Shown here piece after piece: positions 49,601 through 57,157 of a DNA stretch of 64,000 bases (position 1 is its first letter; each line of letters begins with the position of its first letter). The notes below the pieces were generated by a model that was given only the letters and a program-made list of their open reading frames with translations, was not told the origin of the DNA and did not search any database. Origin of the DNA: an uncultured Opitutales bacterium (GTDB lineage: Bacteria; Verrucomicrobiota; Verrucomicrobiia; Opitutales; CAZQIE01); NCBI GenBank assembly GCA_964593675.1, contig CAZQIE010000007.1:671-64670 (forward strand). The letters are read 5' to 3'. The position numbers were made by a program, and so were the translations under genes.

Positions 49601-51994
49601 AAAGGCTTTCAGGTTGATGACGCTGAGCGCACCAGCCTGATTGAGCGGCACGTTCCACCAGTAATCTCGCATAAGCGCGTTGGCCTTGCCGTCTCCCGTG
49701 GTCGTGCTGTACGGGCGTATCGCGGACGCCGGAATCACCTCCCGGCTCTGAGCGGTCGAGGTATCGCTTCCCGGCAATTGCCAGGCCAGGGAGAAATGGT
49801 GCCCGTAGTCTGAAATGCCCCGATGGCGAATCTCAAAGTAATACTCCTGACCCGCAACGAGCGTGAAGCCCGCCGGAAAGAGGGCATCACTTGAGCGTTC
49901 GGCTGCAAGGTCCCAGGCGCGCAGCGGCACGTTCATTGAGCCGGTGACCTTTGCCGCCAATGTGCCCGGCGTTGCCGTCCCTGCGGCATTAAAATAGAAC
50001 TCCGCCGCACCCTCGGCGCTGAGCCAGAAGCGGTAGGTGCCCGATATCGGCGCGCGCAAATAGCCGCGGACAACTTCCGCGCCGCGTGTCTCGAAGACCC
50101 CTGGCGTGCTTTCGAGGATGGTCTGGTAGAAGTACGCGCGAGGCAGGTTGTCGCGGTACGCGGCATCATTGAGCACACTGAAGAAACCGTTGGACGCCGG
50201 CCCGTTGCCGCCCAGGGCGGTAAACACCTGTAGCTCGATGTTGCCGAGAGCCGTCCGGCGGGGCGTCTCCGGCTTGTACGGAACCAGTGTCGAGTTTGCA
50301 TCCAGTGTTACGCCGCCAAGCCCGCTCAGGGCTCTCCAGGCGCTCCAGAAGGTGCGGGTGCTGTTGTTGATCACAAAGCCTAGACCCGAATCGTGCTGAT
50401 ACGTATTGCCGCTCGCGGTGAGCGTGTTGATGGCGTCGGGGTCCGTTGGGAAGAGGATAAGCGGGATGTGCGGGCTCGGTGACACCACCGTGTTCCCCTG
50501 GATCACCCATTCGCGCGAGTGGATCTGGTCGGACGTGCCATAGCTGACGAGCGTGCTCAAGTTTGGATCATTGTCCGTGTAGATACGGAATTGCAGCGGG
50601 TCGGCACGATCGAAGGCCACGCGGGACCGGATCTGGTAGCCGCCGTTGTTCGCGATCGTGTTGTTGAGCAACTGCACCTTCTCGGAACTCATCGCCGTAA
50701 CGCCGATTCCGTTGTTCGTGATGGTGGAGTTCTTCACCACGTACGGGGCCTGTCCGGGAATGACGCTGCTGATCTCAAAGGCCACGCCATCCTGGTTGCC
50801 CGATACCGTGCAGCCGTCCACGGTTATGCCACCCGCGCAGGTATCGAACCAGAAACCTTTGGTCAGGTTGTCCCGGACGGTGAGGTTCCTGAAGGTGGAG
50901 TTGTAGATGTTGTTGAAGCGCAGGGTGCCGTCCGTCCACCCGTAGTAGTTGCCCCAAAGCCACCGCCAGCCATTGCGTTCAAACGTCGAGTTTTCAACCA
51001 CTGTGTTCGGCCCCACCTGAGCGATGCCGCCGCCCCCGTTGTCGGACGACACGACATTGCGCACCGTGGTGTTCATCGCCTGGAGCTGCATGCCGGACGA
51101 GTTGTTCCAACTTGAGGTGACGTTCTCAACCAGCAGGCCCTTGGGCCTAACATGGTTGCTGGAGTCGTAGGGCTTGCTTCGGACGCAGAAGGCGATGTCG
51201 TCGTTTTCGACCCAGCTCGCAAAGCGCTGAAACACGAGGTTTCGGACCACCAGGTTCGAGATCCCCAGGATGAGCAGCCCTTTCGTACGCGTCGCGATTT
51301 TTACGTCGGCTGTGGACGGGTTCAGGCCGGAGGGCGGCTGGATGTAGATGCGCTGGTTTGTATCGTCGACGTAGAACGTGCCCCACGTCATCTCGCCAAG
51401 CGAAAGCTTCTGCTCCAGCAGCTTCCCGTTCACAAAGACCATCTCGCGCCGGTAGGCCAGGTCATTTGGGGTGGAGACGCCCGCAGTCACCCCGGACAGC
51501 ACGCTAGGCAGCTTACCCCAACCCTTGTTCCACGCAGTGTAGTACCGTGGGGTTCCTCCGTCCTGCGTCCAGCTCGTGTACGCATCGGCGCCTTCCAGAA
51601 TCACACCACCCGCGCTTTCACCTTCAATGACGAGGCAGGCGCCGACGTTCCGGGCTTGCGTGGCCATGTAGGCGCCGCTGCCTGCAATGGTGTACGAGTT
51701 CGCGCTCCCGCCGATGTCCAGGGTTGCCGACTCCTTATACGTGCCGTTGCGGATGATGACCTTCGACTTCTCTGGGGTCGCTGCCGTGTACTTTGCCTTG
51801 GCCGCATTCAGGCCCTCCTGAATCGTTTTGAACGGGCTGGCCGCCGTTCCGGTGCCCGTCACGGGAACCGAGCCGTCCACATAAAAAATATTTGCGGCCG
51901 GTATGCTGGTTTCGTCTATGGCCGCCCCCTGGGGGTCTGCCGCCAGAGGTAGAGCGAGCAGGGCAAGCCAGAGGCAAAGGAGTAGTGCCTTCAT
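43658..51994 (-). CDS. Giant secreted multidomain protein: beta-helix, 2x PA14, 8x Fn3, DNRLRE-like, 2x ~260-aa GWxGxW domain, BIG2/Ig, acidic DPDHDG motif
   Basis: 2778 aa with signal peptide MKALLLCLWLALLALPLAADP. Approximate domain boundaries from my own residue counting:
- Parallel beta-helix repeats (NLVVRNLVF, NSTFERNG, VKNSTITNNG), about 50400-51900.
- PA14-like 49775-50250 and 49200-49675 (GTYRFWLSAEGAAEFYFN; GQYKFWVAGNFNGEFWLS).
- Fn3 x4, 47978-49135.
- DNRLRE-like 47351-47977.
- Fn3-domain-Fn3 super-repeats.
- BIG2 plus Ig 45446-45991.
- C-terminal DPDHDGLTNLEEYALGGNP. Confidence 0.9.
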   Translation of the reverse strand: MKALLLCLWLALLALPLAADPQGAAIDETSIPAANIFYVDGSVPVTGTGTAASPFKTIQEGLNAAKAKYTAATPEKSKVIIRNGTYKESATLDIGGSANSYTIAGSGAYMATQARNVGACLVIEGESAGGVILEGADAYTSWTQDGGTPRYYTAWNKGWGKLPSVLSGVTAGVSTPNDLAYRREMVFVNGKLLEQKLSLGEMTWGTFYVDDTNQRIYIQPPSGLNPSTADVKIATRTKGLLILGISNLVVRNLVFQRFASWVENDDIAFCVRSKPYDSSNHVRPKGLLVENVTSSWNNSSGMQLQAMNTTVRNVVSSDNGGGGIAQVGPNTVVENSTFERNGWRWLWGNYYGWTDGTLRFNNIYNSTFRNLTVRDNLTKGFWFDTCAGGITVDGCTVSGNQDGVAFEISSVIPGQAPYVVKNSTITNNGIGVTAMSSEKVQLLNNTIANNGGYQIRSRVAFDRADPLQFRIYTDNDPNLSTLVSYGTSDQIHSREWVIQGNTVVSPSPHIPLILFPTDPDAINTLTASGNTYQHDSGLGFVINNSTRTFWSAWRALSGLGGVTLDANSTLVPYKPETPRRTALGNIELQVFTALGGNGPASNGFFSVLNDAAYRDNLPRAYFYQTILESTPGVFETRGAEVVRGYLRAPISGTYRFWLSAEGAAEFYFNAAGTATPGTLAAKVTGSMNVPLRAWDLAAERSSDALFPAGFTLVAGQEYYFEIRHRGISDYGHHFSLAWQLPGSDTSTAQSREVIPASAIRPYSTTTGDGKANALMRDYWWNVPLNQAGALSVINLKAFADYPNQPHGRSFVANGANAPRNTTGKFGERIRGYITAPVTGQYKFWVAGNFNGEFWLSSDASPANLRSQAIGKIVNGTYQVWNSRADQNSSGQTPAIPVSWVTLTAGQSYYFELLVASHDGKDCATLAWSKPNGGGPNAEQPDEVIPASVLSPYIPIPAAPTALGYTNPSASRAVVSWTDNAVNELGYRLEQNTGTGWTTLAILPENTTSYAANALTAGTNYSWRICAFNMHGDSAYSGTVSYLAGTVSAPPAPASPAANAVTSSQINLSWTNSASNITDVFVERKQGAGGTFAQIARLAAAATVYADTTVVAGTTYYYRVRVLTLDAYSAYSAEASATPSAALAAPAVPGAPTATVISNSRIDLVWADNSTNEMTFKVQSSTNAGSSWVDLATVTAGTTSLSATGLLPNQAYVFRVRAQNDFGNSAYSSVSASVSTLPNPVPTSPSSLFATATNDSSIALKWTDNSVNETGFLIEYKMGSGGTWSTLTTKTSTTSSATGGLITHTVTGLSSDTTYYFRVSAVNANAGGGTSAPCDVAGDTTWTTGTVRLLAAEDSFVQRYDGGTLGDSNQNGVTILRVGYVPPDIGTALNLKSYVKFDASSFTGTVQSAALELVSVGTASVDRVVRVYGMTDHSLDGWSETSITWNNAPANASANGVVEAKCTLIGKLTVSPSMAKGTRLTVSGEAGSPLVTFINTRTGAKKLTFILVGDTTTSPDASFCEKDATVQIIGEGSDWQNGAARLRINAVAVAPTAPSGLAASVVGSSRVDLTWTDNGTNETGFAVERKLGVGGTYAVVSSQIPFSLGTGGALSYTDEGLTPGATYYYRVKALSNAGSSAYSNEASITVTAPAALVVENFDYAGGAVLANHATNAGQNGGSGWGGSWLSFNYSTSTVDGNGSAQFSKAGATVVAAGNQASLNNSIATRMLDTSPSGGLGLAGYIDANARVGAANKTLWLSAVITDNNAGTDDYAIIQADRSGTAGGAAAGAAFAVGRIDGTNANLGLSVNKSALGVAVALQKNYTSQTTSQGIPVLVVAKVEFGATGGTAGGTVTVYYNPDPRGSVPQNAESTQTYTTTGDISFDRIYVRTGSTPFLFDELRVGTSYASVLPTRPASPTALQAAATGATLVDLSWTAASGWATGYKLERNSGGGFVQIATPTDAVYTDAQLTPATEYAYRVRADSADGTSAYSNTVSVTTPSTNGTLTSITVSPASASIFWNEAQQLTATPLDQNGVEMTPAPAFTWSLPTGAGTVGASGLYTAPASGSGTATVRAQSGAVFGTATITYGPPPALSITAQPQGTTVDVGATASFGVTASNGFLTYQWQRRPNGSGEWANVSSGTGGLTANYTTAAVGVSDHGSQFRCLVTNTGGTTTSASATLQITPPAAPTGVTAQAVGNARVDLSWVDNSGNETGFIVERSTQSGSGFSPLTTTSANATAYTDLSVVSGTTYYYRVKATMSGVSSTYSAEASAASQVVAPFAYEGFNYATSAVVANHATNPGQTGGSGWSGGWLSFNYTIVRVNATEGSAEFSKNGAAVATSGNQATSDGAIAHRLLDASGSGALALGGFLDANGRVGAANKTLWVAVVMTDNNAVTNDYAILQCDRSAAGGGSVAGTAFNMGRIDGSNVNLGVACNKSAQGVTVSMQNTFTSTTSTQGVPLLLVAKIEFGAGGGVAGGTVTFYVNPDPRGSAPANATATRSYTTTGDISFDRVLVRTASGTPFLFDEIRAGPTYASVVPTVPAAPSNLQVSANGATGANVSWTNASDATWVTGYRVERATSPTGPFSEVATPPGAATTAFADAGLTPATAYHYRVRATSADGNSPYSAVVSATTAAATPLDAWRFSNFATYLNGGNAADLADPDHDGLTNLEEYALGGNPSVADVYSTNPAIAASSGALRLSFKCNAARTDLVYTVQASTDVNGPWTDVARSTGGGATVPLSGLSSVSDTGIGARTVQVTDSTTLGTGPRFLRLKITGN
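44381..45175 (-). repeat. Giant protein module B of the ~260-aa domain (aa 2274-2538)
   Basis: QVVAPFAYEGFNYATSAVVANHATNPGQTGGSGWSGGWLSFNY...KTLWVAVVMTDNN...FLFDEIRAGPTYASVVP. Collinear with module A along the whole length. Confidence 0.85.
46271..47047 (-). repeat. Giant protein module A of the ~260-aa domain (aa 1650-1908)
   Basis: ALVVENFDYAGGAVLANHATNAGQNGGSGWGGSWLSFNY...KTLWLSAVITDNN...FLFDELRVGTSYASVLP. Confidence 0.85.
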
Positions 51995-52103
51995 GTTTGG
52001 GGGTAGAAACTGGGTAGAAGGCGCCGAAGGGCAGACGAACCCACACCTCCGGTCGCTAATGGATTATTTCACCACCTGCCCGCTTTGGAACGACATCGTC
52101 TGT

Positions 52104-52116
52104 CGAAACCGTTGAC
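52104..52116 (-). promoter_or_regulatory. Glycan-locus box GTCAACGGTTTCG
   Basis: 119 nt upstream of the giant-gene start at 51994. CGTTCC lies 18 nt after AAC. Confidence 0.5.
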
Positions 52117-52195
52117 TAACCTAGCTGGATCGCACCCCCTTCGGCGAGCCCTTATCAAACCCAGCCCACCCTACCCACGCTTGTACAGGGGCTGC

Positions 52196-52969
52196 TTATT
52201 TCGCCAAACCCGGGAGCCAGCTCCTGAGAACGGCTGCGTCCTCAAGGAGTTGCGCCACCGTGTCCCCGCGCACGAATTCAAGGAGCGCGTAGCCTTCTGG
52301 CGACGCTTTGTTCGCGGCACCCAGGTATCGCGGCCATCGCGAGGCCCCCTCGCTCAAGGGCTTGCGCTCATGAAGGCTGGGCCACCAGTGGAACACATGC
52401 ACATTCGACAACAGGGGCGCCGCCACCTCCAGTCCCGCTTCGCAATAACTCAGATCCTGGTAATGATTCGGCTGCCAATAAAAGCGCAAGGCGGGGTGCG
52501 CCGCCTCCGTAGCGAAGTCCCGGGCGGAAGCGTTAGTGGAGAGCAAGGTTCCCATGTGCCACTCGCACGATACCGTAAGGCCGACCGCGTGCGCCCGGTC
52601 ACAGTCGCGAAGCATCTGCTCAACAATCACCTGGCGGGCGGCTTGGGACACCCGTTCGGCGTCCTCCGTGCCCACCCAAACGCGCACCGTCGGGGCTCCC
52701 AGCGCAAGTGCCGTCTCCAGCACCCGCGCAAAGGTGGCGGGATCCGCAGCCTCCGGAGCTCCAAGCTTGTAATACGAACCATAGGCGGCCACCGCCAGGC
52801 CAGCATCTGCGGTAACGCGGGCGACGTCGCGGGCCCGATCAAGTTGCCCAACCGGCACGTGGACGTCCCCACCCCACTCCACCCCGGACAGCTTGGCACG
52901 CGCCGCCAGTGCCGCAACCTCGGCAGGCTGCAATCCGCGGAACGCGATGGAGCAAAGGCCTGGCTTCAT
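52196..52969 (-). CDS. Sugar phosphate isomerase/epimerase (xylose-isomerase-like TIM barrel)
   Basis: MKPGLCSIAFRGLQPAEVAALAARAKLSGVEWGGDVHVP... is typical of the AP-endonuclease-2/xylose-isomerase-like fold family. By-eye call. Confidence 0.6.
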   Translation of the reverse strand: MKPGLCSIAFRGLQPAEVAALAARAKLSGVEWGGDVHVPVGQLDRARDVARVTADAGLAVAAYGSYYKLGAPEAADPATFARVLETALALGAPTVRVWVGTEDAERVSQAARQVIVEQMLRDCDRAHAVGLTVSCEWHMGTLLSTNASARDFATEAAHPALRFYWQPNHYQDLSYCEAGLEVAAPLLSNVHVFHWWPSLHERKPLSEGASRWPRYLGAANKASPEGYALLEFVRGDTVAQLLEDAAVLRSWLPGLAK

Positions 52970-52971
52970 GA

Positions 52972-53967
52972 CTACGCCTGCACCGCCAAAAGTTCCTGGC
53001 GCACGAGCCCCACGGGCTCCTGGCCGGCAAGGTAGCGCTTCAGGTCATCCACCGCCATGGCGCCCATGCGGCGGCACTCCAGCCCCATGGAGCCCGCGAT
53101 GTGCGGGGTGACGACGACGTTGGGCAGGTCAAACAGGCGGGAGTCCGGGGACGGTGGCTCCGGATATGTCACGTCGAGCACCGCGAACAGGTCGGGACGC
53201 TCGGCCAGCACGTCCAGTAGCTCCTCCTCAGCCACAACCTGACCCCGCGCCGTGTTTAGGAAAGTCGAGCCCGGCTTCATGGCCGCAAAATGCTCGCGTC
53301 GCAGCATCTTTTCCGTGGCCGGGAGCGCTGGCGTGTGGCAACTCACGAGATCACTGCGCCGGAAAATGTCCTCCAGCGAGACGCGCTCAACCTGCTCCTC
53401 GCGGGCCTGCACCTCCGTCAGGAACGGGTCGTAAACAAGTACGTTGTGGCAGAAGGGCAGCAGCTTCCGCCGCAGGCTGCGCGCTATGGCGCCGTACGAA
53501 ATCAGGCCGATGGTTGAGCCGAAATTACCGGGGCCAGCGTCCCGTGGCGCGTAGGTCCTGCGCGACCGCGTGCGGCTGGCAAGCTGCCAGGTATGTTTGA
53601 GACAGAGCAGCACCTGCCCCAGTGCGTATTCGGCGACGGACTCCGCAAGCGCCAGATTCGTCGTCGAAAGGATGATCCCGCGTTCCCAGAGCGCGTCGCT
53701 GACGATGCCGCGCACACTACCGCCCGCGTAGAAGACCGCCCGCAGCGCGGGTGTCCGCTCCAGAAAGGCCGCGTCCAGCTTCGGGCAGCCCCACCCCGTC
53801 ATGAAAACTTCAGCCCTGGCGAGACGTTCGGCCCCCGGCGTGGTCAGGTCCACCTGGCCAGACAGGTCCACACAAGCGTCCAAAGCGGCCCGTTGCGGCG
53901 GACCGTAGAGCATATCCACATGCTCGGCGCCAACCAGCATCGCGGCGAAAGGTTTTGATGTCTTCAT
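52972..53967 (-). CDS. D-isomer-specific 2-hydroxyacid dehydrogenase family protein
   Basis: NAD-binding IGLISYGAIARSL, catalytic region LDVTYPEP...VVVTPHIAGS. The start ATG 53967 overlaps the upstream stop (ATGA). Confidence 0.8.
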   Translation of the reverse strand: MKTSKPFAAMLVGAEHVDMLYGPPQRAALDACVDLSGQVDLTTPGAERLARAEVFMTGWGCPKLDAAFLERTPALRAVFYAGGSVRGIVSDALWERGIILSTTNLALAESVAEYALGQVLLCLKHTWQLASRTRSRRTYAPRDAGPGNFGSTIGLISYGAIARSLRRKLLPFCHNVLVYDPFLTEVQAREEQVERVSLEDIFRRSDLVSCHTPALPATEKMLRREHFAAMKPGSTFLNTARGQVVAEEELLDVLAERPDLFAVLDVTYPEPPSPDSRLFDLPNVVVTPHIAGSMGLECRRMGAMAVDDLKRYLAGQEPVGLVRQELLAVQA

Positions 53968-56159
53968 AGGAGCGAAATTTTGTGGCCGTTGCGCAACGTG
54001 ACGAGCCGCGGCAAGGCCGCAGCCGCAGGTCTTCCGCTGCACAAGCCTAGTGTTTCGTCGGAGCCCCCCGTGACGTCCAGCCTAACCAGCCGATCGTCCT
54101 CAAAGACGACATCGACGCGGTGCCCGCCTTCGACAACCAGCCCTTGCGCCGAACACGACCGCCAGCGCTGAGGAAGGCCGGGGAGCACATGGAGGGTGTT
54201 GCCGGCGCGGTGGACAAGCATTTCAGCAACGGCTGCCGGGACCATGAGACCGGCTTCCAGCGTGAAGGCCGCATTGGCGGCACCCGCGGAGTTTCCCGAG
54301 GCCGCCAAAATCCCCACCCGGAAGGCATCCCCGTTGACCGTAAACGTATTCCCGGACCGGAAGCCCCGAAGGTAAATCTCGAGCATCAGATCCGCCATTT
54401 CGCCCCTGCCCGCGCGGGCTGCGAGGATAGCCAGGTATGGAAAGGACCACGAAGCGAATTCACCCGTGCCGAGCCGTGTAAGGTGGTCCAGCGAGGCCTG
54501 GATCAGCGCGTCATCGTCCGGGTTTGCACGGTCCAGTTCATTGAGCGGGAAAACTGGGAAGAAGTGTCCGAAGTGCCGATGCGAAACCCAAAGGTCGCGG
54601 TCCGCAAAAAGGGACAGGCCCGCGTTCGAGACCTTGGGGACCACGAGCTTTTCCTTGAACCGCACCCAACGGGGCTGCAGCGAAGCGTCGGTTTCCCACG
54701 CCGCCAGCCGGCCCAAAACATGGTGGAGACAGGAGAGGGCGTAGGTGGAGTCATGGCCCATGAGCATACGCCCGTCCTCGAAGACCTCCGGCGAATGTGT
54801 CAGCGGGACGTGCAGGCGCCCATCGGCTCCGGGCTCGGCAACGTGTTCGTAGGTCGCTGCCACGCGTCTCAGGAATGGCAGGACCCAGTCAATCAGCCGC
54901 TTCCTGTCCTGGGTAAATTCGAAGTACCAGCAGAAATCCGCCGCAACGAGAAGCTCGCAACCTGTAAGGGCGTTCCAAAAACACCAGTCAACGGGGACGC
55001 CGTAGCCGTCCGGGCTCATGCAGAGCGGCACATGCAGGACATCCTCTACTCCATAAAACGCACGCCCACGTCGCCCGAAAGCCTCCAGCAACGCGGCGTA
55101 GCGCCCGAGGTACGTGTCAACCAGATCGAAACAGCCGAACCGGAAGGCCGCCCAATAGCAGGCCTGCACATTGAGGTTGTTGTGCAGGTCCCCGCACCAA
55201 GGGGGCATCTCGACGTCGCTGTTGAAAAGGCCTTGCAGCGTGATCGTGCTTCCACCGCGACGACAGTTGCAGAACAGTTTGTAGCGTTCCGCATCCATGG
55301 CCTCCTTCAGGCGCTCCTCTGGAACTGTGATGTCCGCGCCGCTCCAGCACTGCGCCCACAAGGCGAGATGCTCCGCCCAGGCCCGTCCGCGGAAGCGCGC
55401 ATGGGTCTTCAGGCGTTCACCGTTCGCCGCGGCGAGCGCGTCTGCCTCGCTGCTCGCGCCCACGCCCATAGTGCAGAGAAGCCTGTAATGGCTGTCCGAG
55501 CGGATTTCCTTCAGGGAGACGACGGCAACCTTGGTCCCGGAAAATGCCTGCATGAAGTGCCTCACGCCCTGCCCCGGCTGTTCGTGCGGCGGCTCATACC
55601 CCATCCGGGACAACGCCTCCAGCCCGGGCTTGTCCAGGCGCCAGCCGTCGAAGTCCGCCACAGCCGCCGCACACACGGGGCCTCGGAGCGTCAGATCCAG
55701 AACATCATTGTGCCGCCCCACCCAAAGCTCACCGGCAACCTTCACGCCGGCGGCGTCTGCACACTGGAAGCGCGCCCGGCCGGCCCCGATATCTATGCTC
55801 CCGGTAAAACTGGCGGGCTCAAACTTCAGCCCCACGGACAGAGCCAAAGCGGGCAGGCGCGTCCGTCCGAAGCCTGGAGGGATGCCCCCCGAATGGTCAC
55901 AAGCGTAGAAGCCCTCAGGATGCTTCCGCACCTGGGCGTAAGTTGCCGGCAACAGGCCCGATGTCGAATCGCGTTCTTCCCAAAGACACGGATCGTCGAG
56001 GGTCAGGCGCAGCCTGGAACCTTCGAAATAGCACAGGCTCCCAAGCCCGCCGCTCCCGACAAAAAGCGCTTCCGCGCACGTCTTCGGAACGCGTTCGAAA
56101 AGGACTGGGGACCGCAGAGGCTGAAGCCGTCTCGCAGCGACTGGAGGGCGGGACCGCAT
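53964..56159 (-). CDS. GH95-like / six-hairpin glycoside hydrolase-like protein
   Basis: N-terminus ALFVGSGGLGSLCYFEGSRLRLTLDDPCLWEE resembles the GH95-type N-domain. 731 aa, no signal peptide. By-eye call. Confidence 0.5.
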   Translation of the reverse strand: MRSRPPVAARRLQPLRSPVLFERVPKTCAEALFVGSGGLGSLCYFEGSRLRLTLDDPCLWEERDSTSGLLPATYAQVRKHPEGFYACDHSGGIPPGFGRTRLPALALSVGLKFEPASFTGSIDIGAGRARFQCADAAGVKVAGELWVGRHNDVLDLTLRGPVCAAAVADFDGWRLDKPGLEALSRMGYEPPHEQPGQGVRHFMQAFSGTKVAVVSLKEIRSDSHYRLLCTMGVGASSEADALAAANGERLKTHARFRGRAWAEHLALWAQCWSGADITVPEERLKEAMDAERYKLFCNCRRGGSTITLQGLFNSDVEMPPWCGDLHNNLNVQACYWAAFRFGCFDLVDTYLGRYAALLEAFGRRGRAFYGVEDVLHVPLCMSPDGYGVPVDWCFWNALTGCELLVAADFCWYFEFTQDRKRLIDWVLPFLRRVAATYEHVAEPGADGRLHVPLTHSPEVFEDGRMLMGHDSTYALSCLHHVLGRLAAWETDASLQPRWVRFKEKLVVPKVSNAGLSLFADRDLWVSHRHFGHFFPVFPLNELDRANPDDDALIQASLDHLTRLGTGEFASWSFPYLAILAARAGRGEMADLMLEIYLRGFRSGNTFTVNGDAFRVGILAASGNSAGAANAAFTLEAGLMVPAAVAEMLVHRAGNTLHVLPGLPQRWRSCSAQGLVVEGGHRVDVVFEDDRLVRLDVTGGSDETLGLCSGRPAAAALPRLVTLRNGHKISLL

Positions 56160-56208
56160 GACGCCAAGCCTAAGGCTGGGCCAGCGTCCCGCACAAAGCC
56201 TTGAGCAT

Positions 56209-56220
56209 CGAAAGCGTTAA
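56209..56220 (-). promoter_or_regulatory. Glycan-locus box TTAACGCTTTCG
   Basis: 59 nt upstream of the start at 56159. Confidence 0.45.
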
Positions 56221-56238
56221 GCGTCCCAACTGGGCACC

Positions 56239-57063
56239 TCAGGACCTACGGCGCCGCAGAGCCACGCCCAAAGCCGCGGCACCCGCAAGGAGGGCATACG
56301 TGGAAGGCTCAGGAACCGGCGTGCCCAGGTTCTGTCCGCTGGCATCAAAATACAAGTTGTCGATCCACTGAGCGTCCTGCGCCGTGCCCGAACCCGCGCT
56401 CCGGGCGGCAAAGTAGCGCAGCGTGCCTACCGCGGAGTCCGAGGCAAACTGCACGCTGCTGGCGATCGCTGTCTGGGCGGAGTAGGAGCCGCCTTGGATG
56501 TAGACGTCACTCGTGCCGGCGTTGTTGTTCAGCACGATCCACATGTTGTAGAGCGTCCCAGCGTCGATGGTCCCATTCGCGATGGTCGTCTGGGTGAAGG
56601 ACGAGCCCGCACGGGTGCGAAGCGTGTAGGTTGGGCCCGAGCCTGAAAGCTCGATAATCGCACCGCGCACCGAGGCCGCGGAATTGAAATTGAAGACGCC
56701 GCTCAGATCTGAAAACCCGAAAGAAAACGCCACCGCATCGGAGCCGGTGTTATCTACCTGAAACTGCATGAAGAGCGTCCCGGTAGAGCCCACCGTGACG
56801 CTCTGCGCAGCGCCAAAGTCGAGGCGACTGCGGTAATTCGCGGAGGTCCACTTCACAGCATTTCCCCCACCGAACGCAGCCACCGTCGGGTCCGCGCCCG
56901 CGTTGCCCAGCCAGGTTGTGCTGACGGCGGAGGTCTGCCCGTTCAAGGCCCCCGGCGTATCGCCGTTGAAATTATCCACGAGAACGAAAGCGGCATTCGC
57001 AGCAAGCGGCACCAGGAGCGAGACCGCGGAAAGACCAAGCTTCGACAGGCAATGGGTAGTCAT
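56239..57063 (-). CDS. PEP-CTERM sorting-domain protein with lectin/LamG-like N-terminal domain (paralogue 2)
   Basis: Collinear with 39051..39884 (AFVLVDNFNGDTPGALNGQTSAV...GTLRYFAARS...WIDNLYFDASGQNLGTPVPEPSTYALLAGAAALGVALRRRRS). Confidence 0.85.
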   Translation of the reverse strand: MTTHCLSKLGLSAVSLLVPLAANAAFVLVDNFNGDTPGALNGQTSAVSTTWLGNAGADPTVAAFGGGNAVKWTSANYRSRLDFGAAQSVTVGSTGTLFMQFQVDNTGSDAVAFSFGFSDLSGVFNFNSAASVRGAIIELSGSGPTYTLRTRAGSSFTQTTIANGTIDAGTLYNMWIVLNNNAGTSDVYIQGGSYSAQTAIASSVQFASDSAVGTLRYFAARSAGSGTAQDAQWIDNLYFDASGQNLGTPVPEPSTYALLAGAAALGVALRRRRS

Positions 57064-57118
57064 AAGGGGGGACCCCTAGGCTGCCATTTTGAAAAGACAT
57101 TCTCAAGCCCAATGCAGC

Positions 57119-57129
57119 CGAAACGTTGC
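57119..57129 (-). promoter_or_regulatory. Glycan-locus box variant GCAACGTTTCG (one nt shorter)
   Basis: 64 nt upstream of the start at 57063. Confidence 0.4.
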
Positions 57130-57157
57130 CCAAAAACGAGGCAAATCTAACGTGCGT

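Noticed and set aside
43658-51994. Periodic repeats in the giant gene as a possible CRISPR array or tandem DNA repeat.
   Set aside because: The repeats are about 270-280 nt Fn3-coding units and about 780-nt domain modules in one open reading frame. They have diverged and have no spacer/repeat architecture. No cas genes are present.
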